From Raillietiella orientalis (lineage: Eukaryota), in the NCBI GenBank assembly GCA_036172245.1, contig JAYWIR010000031.1:248001-312000 (forward strand): a stretch of DNA of 64,000 nucleotides. Direction: 5' to 3'. Positions within the stretch are counted from its first letter, which is position 1. Each line of letters begins with the position of its first letter. Shown here piece after piece: positions 24,324-35,825 of the stretch. The position numbers were made by a program, and so were the translations under genes. The notes below the pieces were generated by a model. The model did not search any database. It saw only the letters and a program-made list of their open reading frames with translations, and had not been told where the DNA came from.

Positions 24324-25212
24324 TTCCGACCAGGTCGGTGAGACCTTGGTAGCGGCGAAAATCGGCGCATGCTGCTGATGGACCGCTCCGAAAGGGAACA
24401 AAGAGAAGAGGGTGATTGGTCTGTTCCTCCCAGATTCGATAGGAGCCCCCTGCTTCACGTAGGAGAGATCGTGGTGCATTCGAGGCTTTGTGAATCATGG
24501 AATCCGGGACCGGAACACGGACAGAAGGATCGTGCATCGTCGCGTGTTCCTCTTTGTTTGTGCCTCTGAAGGCAATAAAGCTGAATGGCTATCGAAAACT
24601 CCTCCCCGAATCCATAGCAAGGCGTTGGTATAAAATGACACAGGCCTCTTGGAAGAAGACCGTTCCTGCTCCACGAGCAACGATTTAGATTTCAGCCGAA
24701 TCAAGAGAGGCTCTCTCAGCAGGCAGGTGGAGGTTGCATGAAGCTGAGTTTTCCAGGAGAGCTGCCTTCGCAGATGTGCTTCGCCACTTCTGGCGAAAAG
24801 GCTTCTGGTTGAAATAATGAAGTATATATAAATTTTAAAAATAAAATATGTAGTATTTAATTTTAATTATAAAAAAATTGAATTAGTAATTATTTAAAAT
24901 TTTGTTAATATGCGTGCCAGCAGTAGCGTAAAGAGTTAATGAGTAAACGTAAGAGTTAAATTAATATTGAGGTTTTATTAATTTAAAATGAAAATTTTTG
25001 GTTTTATATTTAAATATTAATTTTTAATAAGCTATTGTTATTAATAGAATAGAATTAGGTACTCTTATACAAATAGTGGATATTAAAAAGTAGGGAGGAA
25101 AGACTTGTATGAATTGGTGGTGTTCCGATCAAGTCTCCAGGACCTTGGTAGCGGCGAAAATCGGCTCCTGCTACTGATGGATCGCTCCGTAAGGAATGAA
25201 GAGAAGAGGATG
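24324..25212 (+). repeat. Diverged ~90-bp direct repeat (24324-24412 and 25123-25212) bracketing NUMT copy 1
   Basis: Shared core gaccttggtagcggcgaaaatcggc...ctgatgga.cgctccg...gagaagagg; the second copy starts at the NUMT end. Confidence 0.85.
24812..25124 (+). pseudogene. rrnS: NUMT: mitochondrial small-subunit (12S) rRNA fragment, copy 1
   Basis: Very AT-rich island containing GTGCCAGCAGTAGCG (530 loop, 24914), ATTAGGTACTCT (~ATTAGATACCC) and ACTTGTATGAATTGGTGGTGTT (~ACTTAAAGAATTTGGCGG), with spacing compressed as in animal mt 12S. Confidence 0.85.
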
Positions 25213-28099
25213 CGTTGCATGCAATCCGTTTCCTTTCACAGCCTCCACGGAAGCCTGAGTTCGGTCGATCGGCAGCTCAGATGCACGCGTTAAAGATCAA
25301 GAGGGTCGGGAAGGCTGCTGCTGCTGTTGTTGTTGCTGTGTGTGTGTTTTTACAGAGCGAGAGGATTCCTTCTCGGAATAAGGTACCAGAGGATTCCTTC
25401 TCGCTCTGTGTTTAAGAGAATCTGCCACCTGCCAAACAGGACAACGGAGGAAATGGATTCCGCAACGGCGGGACCAGAGACACACGAAAGCGAGGATCGG
25501 TCAATAACGACTGCAGTGGAAGAGATTGTGAGATTCCACAACTGCAGTGCTGCAGATTCTATCAATGCACCGAAAATCCAAGGAATGCATTTATGTGATC
25601 TGTTATGTAGCATTTTTTTTTTTAATCATATCGCAGAGATGATAAACCAAGAGGATGGTTTTATTGGGCTCACTGATAAATGTTTGGAAGCGTCGTTCGT
25701 CGCGCTAGTCTCGTCGCCATGGTGACCGAATCGAGTGGCACTCCGTTTCCCCTTATGCATCGGTGTAGCATCAGATGCAGTTTCCGATTTCTGCCAGAGC
25801 CGCTTCTATCGATTCCGCACCGGAGATGCTGGTACCCTTCCGGATAAGCAGAGCGTGCGTTTCCTCGGTGACGCAATCTCCCCCCCCCCTCACTCCGTTC
25901 CTTGGCTGCTTTCCAAAGGCGTGGAAGTCCGGGAGGAGCGTGCGATCCGGGGATGCTTTCACCGCATCTAGGGAGGGTCCCATCTTCCTTCCCCCTTTCA
26001 AAGGCGCTCCGGGACCTCGGCAGCCCGGGCGTCTCCGGGATTCCAGCAGCGCACCCTTCCAAAGAAGGAAAGGCGCTCCCAAGAGGAAGCGAGCGCGGGG
26101 GTTGCGCGACGACAGCACGTCTCCCGCAGGGAGGCGGCTCCTGCTGGATTCCCCGGGCGACCCGGGAGCAACGAGGCGGGAGGACAGCGCGCGGGCCAGC
26201 TAACAGACTCTGCGACCCCGAGGGCGCCACCCCGACGGCTTCTACGCTGGGACGACTGGCTGCTGGATGTTCAGAGGGAAGATCCGCAGTAGCCCCCAGT
26301 GCTCTTCGAGACTCCCAATGAAGTGGAAATAGTCGGCGCTGCTGCTGCTGCTGCACCGGGATCACTGGACACGAGGGGGTGAGGGGTGAGCTCGAGCTGT
26401 GGCAGGTGCGGGGGCCCGAATCCCTTCCGCACCTGCTTGTGGATTGCGTTCTCCTCCGGCTCCTCTGGGAATGTCTTGCCGTGACCCTGGGAATCCCGAA
26501 GGCAACCCCAGGGATGCTTCAAGACCCTTCCTTGTACGCGACGTCTTTCGGCCCGTAGCTTCGCTAGCAGCTCCCTCCTGCCTACGCTGGGATCGTCGCT
26601 GCCTAGAGCGACTCAAGATGAGGACCGAGCGACAGGAGTGCCACATCCACTTCGCCGTCCGCTTCCTGAGGACGGCAACAAGATGACCCCACCTGAAAAT
26701 TATGCAGAGAGAACTTTTCATGCCAGAATCCTCGAAAGGATGCAGAGGACCTCTCCCAGAAGAAGGTGACCTCCCTCCCCCCCCACCAGGTTTATTGATT
26801 TTCTTTTCTTTCTTTCTTTGTTGCCACCATTCTGCTGCTGTCGAGGCGAACCTCACCGGTCTGCTTACAGGCAACCCGTCAGGCTCCTTGTGAAATGACG
26901 TGCCTGGACCACCGGTCCTTCCACGAACTTTGTAAATGTATTTTTTACATTGAATAAGCGCCCTGGCGCACTCGGGTGCACAGCCAGGAGCGCGGGCACG
27001 CGCTCGTCCTGCTGGCTGCGGCTGTGCTGCGCCGCCTCCGCCAATAGACCGGAAGAGAGCGCGACCCACGATAAGCGCGCAGGCGCGACCCGGCTTCCGC
27101 CGCTCGCAGTGCGGATCTTGTTTACGTGAAGGGGAGGGGGGGGGGACGCGCATTCCTCTCGCCGCTAGCGCTTTCTCCCGGACATGCGCGGCGAGCCATA
27201 AAAAAGGGAGGAGGAGGAGGGAGGGAATGACTTCTTTTTGTGTGTGCGCGTGCCTCTGCGAGTGAAGAGAGCGCTGCGGACCGCGAAAGTGTGTGCTACT
27301 TTGGCATGCTTCGGCACCGCAAGCAAAAAAAAGAAAAGAAGAGCAGCGCTTGCTCGCGCGTCCGCTCGGTGCCGCTGCTGCCGTCGCCCCCCTCCCCCCT
27401 CTCTCTCTCTCTCTCTGCCTTCGCCTTCCAGCGCTGCTGCTCCTCTTGCTTGCCTGCCATGCGGTTGAGGGAGCCGCGGACGAAGCGCGCGCGCGCTTCG
27501 TGCGCTTCGTGCGAGCGACGGCTGGGGCGAAGCTGCTGCCGAGTTTCCTCTTCCCCTCCCTCCATCGTTGTTGTTGTTGCCTCCCCTCCCCCCTCCCATG
27601 GAAAACCGAGGCGATTGCGACGTGGCGGGATTTTCTCTCTCCCCGGGTGGGCGGCGCTGCGCCTGGATCGCCTCCGCAGCTCTCGTGCAACACTTGGGAC
27701 TTCCCTTTCCCCGGACGAGGGGCGCGCGCGTTCCACGGCGGGCCCGGCTGGTCGCGCTTGCGTGACGGGCAGCCGCCCGCACGCGCGCGCCTACTCTCTT
27801 CCACCCCCCTCCCCCCCTCCTGGATCGCCAGAGGGCGAGATCGCCCTTTTTACACCCGATGCCGACTGTGGAAACGGCTTGATTCACCGGATCCGGCGAA
27901 ATTCGTTTTCGAATGATGGGGGGTCGTCGCCACGCTCACGCCGACGCATTCCTGCCTGCCGATCCTCGAAAGCGCTCCGGTCGTTAAGCGGGGAAGCCCT
28001 TCCCGTCGTCTCGCCGGAGTTTCCGTTCTCTCCGCCTGCTCCCCCCTCCCACCCCGTTTCCTTCGCAGTGGTCGATCCAGAGAGGCCGGCCGCCCTTGG

Positions 28100-29900
28100 A
28101 GAAGCGGGCGGCTGGATTTCGCGCCGCCGTTTCCGCGCACGCGGAGCTCCAGCCTCCGGGGTTGCCAGGCGGCCGGGATCGCGCAGGATGGGCGGGCTTT
28201 CCTGGGCCACGGCGGTGGCTTCTCTTGCGTGCAGGCAGGGGCAGAGTGGGGCGACCACGGTCGCCTGCCCGGAACGCACTGCTCCATGCGCCTCCCCGCT
28301 CGGCATTCTCGAGCATCGTGCCAAGGGCGCTTTCGCCAAGAACGCCGCCGCCGGTCGACACCATCTCGAACAATCTCGAAGAGGTCGGCAAAAAGCGAAC
28401 GAAGGTCGGGGAAGCCGCGCGGAGGAGGTCCGGCCGGATCGGCAGTGGATGTGCTCCGCATGGACGCCGCCAGAAACCGGGCTACGTGCGTTCGGGTCAC
28501 CGGGCAGTCGACGGCGGAATGAGAACGAGACGCGCACAGCTGAGCCCCGACGGGGAACCACCGAGTACTACCGAAGGCCGCTTCTTGGGCGGCCATCGAT
28601 CGCGTCTAGCAGCCGTCCCTCCTCCTCCCATTCGTACCGCATCCCGCGAGTCGATCGCCTCGACGGCGAACGAACCGAATTTCGCCCACCGGGCCGACGC
28701 CGTCTAGGCAATAGCCAACGGATCCAGGTTCCAGTTCTTTCGCGGGGGGAAAGGCGCCTTTTTCTGGAGCGCCGAACGCGCGCTGGTTCCACGCAGGTGC
28801 CACCGGGAAGGCGAGGGGCCACAGGAATACCCATTCGCGAAACACCAAGCCACGACGGACTTCGGACTGCTCTGTCGGAGGAGTGGAATGTTCGATTCTG
28901 CCTAAAGACAGGCGGGGAACGAACTCCAGTGGCAACCCATCCTGCCTCTCTCCCTTTTCTTCTGGCTCTGAAGACGGGGAACCCGAAAGCAGCAGGTGGA
29001 AAAAATAATATCCAGCAGGCTTTGGGTCTCTTAGAAATAGCAGCGGCCTCTTTCGTCGCGATGCGTTGCCCGGAGAGGAAAGCCACAGGAGGGAAGGGAT
29101 GCGCCGCTGCGCTTCCGTGGAAGCATCGGGAATGTCGGAAAATCGCCCGCTCGGACCTTCGTCGAGAAGAAAAAGTACGCAGCTCGTTGCCATGGAACTG
29201 CCTCCGTCTCGAAACCTCGCTGTACTCAATGCTCCCGTTGCGAACGGCATCAGAGGGCTACTATGCAATCTGTTACACAATTCGGGCCAGGAGAGGGGGG
29301 GGGGAAAAAAAAAACAAAAAACAAAAGAAAGAAAGAAAAGAAAAGGAAACGAATGGCACATAACTCAACCCAGCTGCAGCGTGCCCGCCTGCCCATTTTT
29401 CTCTAAATTGGTGACGCAATGGAACCTTTAGAGCATCGCGGACATCGTTTTTAGTTTCTGCCGGCCAGGAGAACCGGGGAGAAAGTTTACTCAGATTCCC
29501 ACCTCCTTTCGAGGATCATCTCTGTAAATGAATCCTTGATTCTTGTGCTCAAATTCCAATCTCTAAAGAATGCCACAAAACCGTGGCCCAACCCAGGTCC
29601 ATGCAAAGCGAAGAAGAAGCCTTGAAACATCGAACGCTGAACATCTTCGCACCAAAGTGAGCAAACATGCAGAGAGCCCAAAAAAAAAAGAAAAAAAAAA
29701 GAAGCTATTTGAAGCTGATTTCTCTTACGAAGGCAGACACTTTTAAAAAGGAAAAATGATGAAGTAGGTCAACTGGCCAGCTAAAGAAAAAGGAAGTCCA
29801 CGGACAGAGAAACAAAAAGATCCTTCGTGCTTTTCATTAATGATGGTTGCTGAGATTTCGCATTGGTCTTGGATTCAAATTATACTGAATTTTAGATATC
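28100..29900 (+). mobile_element. GC-rich BEL/Pao gag-pol remnant
   Basis: Cys/His knuckle relics (CSMRLPARHSRASC), QALGLLEI, AALPWKH (~GRY.V.LPWK), SVNESLILVLKFQ (~SLND.L...LLRFR). Confidence 0.5.
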
Positions 29901-32720
29901 GCATTCGATTCTAAAGGGGGGGGGGGAACAATAAAAGATAGCGAAAGGAATTGAACTGGGATTTCAGGAGCTCGTGGTGGGGAAAATATATACGCCAAAA
30001 CTCTTAGTGGTTATTTAGGGAAGCAGTGTGAAGGGATCGATCCGAGTCGATTAAAAATAATAACTGGTAATCTGGTATCCCTGTGCTTCAGGAAACCGTC
30101 CTTCCTCGCGAGCGAAATGCCGTGCGGGGCGCGCGTTTTGCAGCGCCGGATGCGCAATGATAGCGGGGGGGGGGGGCTCCTCATAGGAAGGCTGGAAGTC
30201 GCTCGAATCCGTTGCGGCGGTGGCGCACGCCCACCACGTTGGGTGTTTTCGCCAACATGGCCGAACAGCTTTTTGCATCTGCAGACGCAGCAATCAGCCG
30301 GGAAGAAGAAGGAACGCTTCCCTGCTCTGATCCGCTTGCCGACTTTCGTGTTCGGTTCCCATGAGGAGCGGAGCCGTTCCCAGTGCGGAGCTGTCGTTTC
30401 CCTTTCGTCCAACTCTCCTTTGGCTCCTTTGGATCTCTTGGCGATTGCTGCTCCCGTTCCGGAATCGCACCGGTGCTCCGCCGCTGCTCGGCGTCGCACG
30501 CGCTGCGTGCGTGCCACATCGCTCGCTGCGTGTGCTCGGCCGCCTGGCGTTCGGGCGTTGTGGTTGGCGAAACGGGCGCAAAAAAAGAGAGAGAGGGAGG
30601 GACAGAGAGATGCAGAGACGCGCGCGGTCTTCACCGCTGATGAGGCCTCGGGAGGCAGGTTTGCCGGGCACAGCAGGGAGGGGATCAAAATAAACAAATG
30701 AAGTGCCCGTATCTTCCGATACATCTCGGCAGTTTACGATTGGAAGAACTCGGCAGGAGAATTTTCCGGCGACTACGGGTCCCGTCGCCGTCGCTATGCG
30801 GACGTAGGGCGGTACTTCAGCTCTCGGGGACGATGCTTGCTAGCCGGCGACCGCGCCAGCACGGGGGTCCGAAGAGAACGGCTTCGGCTCCGTGAGCGCA
30901 AACAGCAGAGAGCGGGTCCGAAAGCCGTTCCTCGAAGGAGACGTCGGGGGGGCTCGCGAGTAGGTGAAGGGAGAGAGGTTTCGTGACATCACAAGAGGCT
31001 CGGGAAGGTGCCGCGGCACCGCGAGCTCGGAACCGTCTTTTGTTTGTTTTCTACGCTGTTTGTCTTGATGCTCGAGCGTACGTAGAGCTCGGAAAAAAGT
31101 GGTCCTGAGTGACCGTTTCCGCCTTTGTCCAATAAAGAGGAAAGGCAGGCTTTGCCCTGCAGCGTTGCTCCGCGGGAGGCTCGACCTGCTTCGACGGATG
31201 GATCCAGGAAACTCTTGCGCAAGAGTTGCGAAAAGTCCGCCAAGTTCCCAGGTCACTCGCGGCGCGGAACGGATTGCCTCCAGGCCATTTGGGCGAGAAG
31301 AGACGACCACTGCCTTGTGGCGCGGGGAAGCATCGCGTCGGCTGGTCCTCCCGTCGTTCTGTGGGGAGTGAGGAAACTCATCCGCGCGCCTTCTCGCGCG
31401 GCCCCCGCGTGGCTCCGCCCACAGAAAACAGGATCGCTTCCTGAGATGGGGAGTTCAAGGACGCTAAGGGAGTCGGCGGGAAACCCGCAGATGCCGCAGC
31501 ACGTGCGCGCCCTCTCTCTGGAGCGCTCTCGCGGGGTCCAGAGTTCCTTTAGCAGATTCCGGAAGAATTCCTGAAAGGAGCCCGTGCAGCCTGCACTCCG
31601 TCCTTCCTCCTTTTTGCTCCATGATGAGGTACTTGAGACTGACTCTTCATCAAGGACCGGAAGAGATCCCGTTCGGGCGAACGCGCTGTTTCTCGGACGC
31701 TGTTGCCGCTCTCCCAGCGGGAAGCTGCCGAGGTCCGCGACGTGCTCAGGTCCTCAGTAGGAGGGAGGGAGCACATCGCCTGTCCTTGCCGCCCCTCGAG
31801 AAGACTGCGGCTTCGGGGCTCAAACCGGAAGCGTTCTCTCACGCCGAAGCCTCGCAGTTTCCAGATTTTCTCCGAGATGGCAGGACGATCGAGGAGCTTC
31901 CGCGGTTAGGGAGAGGGAGGGAGAAGAGACCACAGACGTTAGACGGATCCTTGCTCCTGTGCCAGTCGAAGATACCTGTGGGTCACTCCGGTGGTGAGGG
32001 ACAGCAGTGCCAAAGGCGCGGGAGGATCATCTGCCCGCCATCTTCCTAGAAAGTAAGAAAACGAAACCAGCGATCCACATGGCACCTCGGACGACCCTTC
32101 CCTCCGCCACCGACTAGGATGGAGCTCCTTTCCCCAAGCGGCGGCTCTTCTGGGCTCTCACAACCCTTCCACACGGGGAATCTACGGACCCTCACGCGGG
32201 GGCGGTAGTGATGGCCAATGCGCCCTGAGCGCCTCCCAGCCTTGCAAGGCCCCCAATGAGGAGGGGGGAATCCTCGTTGGAAGGGGGGGGGGGGGGGAGC
32301 CACGCGCAGCGGCAGCTTCCACAGGTGATCGTGGATCGCAGCTGCGATGGAGCCTCACGCTCGTTTCCGACAGTTCGCTCCTTGTGTAGGGGTGGACTCA
32401 GTCCGCGGCGGCGCCGGCAACAGCGGCGCAGGTTTTTTTGGAGGACGTGAGACGGCCGGCGATCTCGCGAGATGGCGATGTCGGCCCACCTAGGGGAACC
32501 CGAGCGAAAGGGACGGCGGCGAGGGCGGGCCGTCCGGAAACGATCCGTGCCGACCTCTGGTGCTGAGACAGGCGGCAGAGGTGCGGTCCCCTCTTCCATG
32601 CGGACGGTCGGTGATGACGTCACCGCCGCACGGAAGTCCCTCTGGACAAAAAAAAAAAAAAAAAAAATGATCCCCTCCCCCTTCCCCCTCTTTCCCAGCC
32701 GAGCGGACACTCCGCGCCGA

Positions 32721-32888
32721 GTATTAAAAATTAATACTTAAATATAAAACCAAAAATTTTATTTCAAATAAATAAAATATTAATATTAATTTAACTTTTT
32801 CGTTTAACCGCTACTGCTGGTACGCATATAAGCAAAATTTTTAATAATTCCTAATTCAATTTTTTTCATAATTAAAATTAAACACTAC
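32721..32888 (-). pseudogene. rrnS: NUMT: mitochondrial 12S rRNA fragment, copy 2
   Basis: Sharp 168-bp AT-rich insert in GC-rich DNA. The reverse complement contains GTACCAGCAGTAGCGGTTAAACG and aligns colinearly to ~24850-25029. Confidence 0.85.
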
Positions 32889-35370
32889 GCCGGACGAGGG
32901 AAGAGGGCACGCGGAACGGGAAACTTGGCGGCGGCGAGGACGGCGCACTTTTCAATTGGTCGCCTGGCAACTCCGGGTCTTTTTTTTTTTTTTCTTCTTC
33001 ACCCAGCTCCTTCCCGCTTCCCCGTCGCTGTGCTTCGTCTCGTCTGTGGCACGCCTTTTTCTTTCCTTTTTTTTAACTCTCTTCTTCCCACCAGGGATTG
33101 AGGTGGAGGGGAGGCGCTGACGGCGCCTCACCGCGGCGGCGACCCACATGTGCGGGGACGGCTCCCCGGGATGGCGGGACGAGCCCCCTGGCAGGCGACG
33201 GAGCGAAACTCCCGAGAACCCGTCTCCGGGGAAGCTTGTTGGCTCGCAGGAGTCCCCCCTCGGGGATGGCACCCCACGGGTGTTGCCCTTTCGTCCAGTA
33301 CCGCCCTCCTCCCCTTACCTCTCCCGGCTCCTTCCTTTTTCCCCCTCCCCAGTCGCGTTCCGGAAACGGCGGTGAGGGATTCTCTCTCCCTTCCCACGGA
33401 GACGGGAGACCGTCGGATCTTGCGAAACTCCTCCGCGCGAAGCGGATCGGAGATCGGCGGCGGAGTGGTCCAGCAGGAGGCGGCTCGAAGCCGAGCACGT
33501 GGATGCAGATCGACCTCTGCGCAGCGCGCACGCCGGCGGAGGCGTGGAAGACGACAGCAGCGCCAAACGGGGAGCGACGGCCGGCTTGGGCGGCTGTGAA
33601 AGCGCTCGGCTGCAGCAGGAGTCTCGGGACAGGTCCAAAGGCAGTCCTGGCCGAAGGCCGGCGACGTCCCACGGAAGGAGGGAGGGCCTCCCGGACGACG
33701 ACGTCGCCGACGCGGAGTCGGCAACAGCACCAGCGCCACTCCTGCAGTCGGTTGAAAAGTCATGCGGTCGGTTTGATGTCCGCGGCGCGTGCCGAGATGG
33801 CACGCGGGCCCGACCTCTCCCCTGCGCACGCGCAGGGCACCGCGGGACTGACACGCCCCGACGACGGATGGGCGGGGAGCTTCTTGCGGAAGGCTCGTCG
33901 CTCCGACCGCGCCACCGGTAGCGAGGAGGAAGGCGAACCCACCTCCGGAGGCGCGTGTCTGTTGGGGCGGAGGGAGTCCGCACCGTTGCTTGGCTTTCCG
34001 TCGGGAAGGGGGCACACGCGCTCGAGAGATGCCTCGAGGGGCGAAAAGGGCAGGAGAAACTCAAACAGAATCGCATCCGAAGGATCGAAGGCCCCGACCT
34101 GCTCCGCAGGGCTGACCGAGGTCTCAAGGTCCTTCGACCGCGATGGAGAGGGCTCTGCCAGACATGCAGGGAAGAAGCACGCACGTGTTCCGTCTGGTCC
34201 CTTTCGGATCGACGGGCGCGCGGAGCGGCGGCGGCGGAGGTGCGCCGCCTCTCCTCCGGAAGAGAGCTTTTCCGAGAAGACAAGCTGTCGCCTCGGTGCG
34301 ACGCGGGAAGCGACCCGCTCCCCCACGGTCCCTCCCCCCCCCCCCGTCTCGGCTCACGGCGCGCGCGCAGACCAGCGCTTCCGGCGTGTAGAATCGCTCG
34401 CGAGAAGATCCAGCTGAACGCGCGGAAAGAACGCGTGCGCGCGCACCTTTCCGATCATCCTACATCCTTCTGCATCCCTCCTCTTGGATTCTGTCGCCTC
34501 TTTTTTTGTTTTCTTGCGGCAGAGGGGTCGGAAGCGAATGGCCGCCGGCTTTGCTGCCTCTAACGAAGTGTTCGACTCGAGGAGGGGTGCGCAGTCCATC
34601 GCTAACCGAAGGCCAGAGGGGAGCCGACATGGCAGCGCGCATCGTCTGTCAGCTCGCCGCCACCGAGTTTTCCCTCCGGAGGATCCTCTAAGCGCGCGTG
34701 CCGGTGGCCAAGCCGTGAGGAGCGACTGGGGAGCCTGGAAACGCTCTTGCGGATGCGGACGTGCTCGTCTCGAGACACTCGGCAGCCGTTCGTTGGGAGC
34801 GGTCTGCAAGCTGCCGGGCGCCCCTTTCTTTTGTTTTGTTCACCGCTCTCGGGAAAACTCCCGTCCCGCCGCCAGGGCCTGGACGCAACGGCCGGCCGGC
34901 CGGACGCAGTCGGGTGGCGCTCTCGCCGCTCTCTTGAGACCGCGCACGAGGGTGGCAGCGATGCTCTTCCAGCATTCCAGCAGCTTTCGTGCTCTTCGGG
35001 AGAAACAGCTGCCAATCAGAGCGTGCCTGGAGACTCCCCTGTTCGAGCGGGAGGGCGACGCGTTGCGGGCCGATCGCTCGCCGTCTGGATGTGCGCGTGC
35101 AGTCTGAAAAGTACCCGGATCGATACGCAGTTGCCGTGCCTCGGTGGAAAACCCCGAGCAGGAAAGCTTCCTTGGGTTGTCCATGAATGTTGAGGGGACA
35201 ACGAGAATGCGTAGCGACGCTTCTTCCATTAACGCTTAATACCGAAGAGCCGTGGGAACCGAAGAGGACTGTTTCGAACCGAGGGGCAAGAAAGAGGGAA
35301 AAGTCGTTCGGTGCAATTGCTCCTCGTTCCGAATTCGTTCGCCCGTCCAGCGCCGGGATGCTGAAGAGGT

Positions 35371-35825
35371 GCGAAGTAGCATCGTGGCGTTCAGGAGCGG
35401 GCAGTGGCAACTTCCAGGATGGCCGTACGCCTCTGAGAACATAAGAAGGACCTCCTCCTGCTGAACCTTCTGTTATGGCCACTGCCATCTGAGTTCTCGT
35501 GCCGTTGCGAATTCCGTGATTGGGATGCGATTTGCAAGGTGGTGAGGGGGGCTGTCTGGCTGTTCCTGGAGCGGCTCCACCGTCGAAACAATACGGCTTC
35601 AGCAGCAGGAAGTTCTTCTCGCACAAGCCGCAGCCTCGAGCTTGCATCCGACCATGGCTTAGATGTGGGAAGTGCCTCTCGGCCGTGTAGCTTTTTGGAT
35701 CGCCGAAAGCGCACTCATGCAAACAGCAGAACAGAAGGGACTGAGGTCTTATGTTTTCTCAGAGCTACACGGACATCCTGGAAGTTACCACTGGGTCGCT
35801 CTCGAGCACCACGGTGCTACTCGAG
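35371..35825. repeat. Diverged inverted repeat (~35371-35455 vs ~35742-35825)
   Basis: Shared core cttatgtt..ctcagag..acgg.catcctggaagtt.ccactg on opposite strands; also visible in the ORF track as FSEAYGHPGSCH versus FSELHGHPGSYH. Confidence 0.8.

Noticed and set aside
24914..24928. Bacterial 16S or nuclear 18S rRNA gene (GTGCCAGCAG motif)
   Set aside because: Context is extremely AT-rich, short and compressed, which fits animal mitochondrial 12S. A fragment, not a functional rRNA gene.
27240..29363. 707-aa ORF as a novel protein
   Set aside because: Arg/Ala/Pro/Ser-rich translation of GC-rich, stop-poor DNA that crosses microsatellite and homopolymer tracts, with long ORFs overlapping in other frames. 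Only short BEL relics (ALPWK) are recognisable.
25670..35722. Other long ORFs (480, 439, 344, 322, 295 aa)
   Set aside because: Same GC artefact; mutually overlapping on both strands with no coherent domain.
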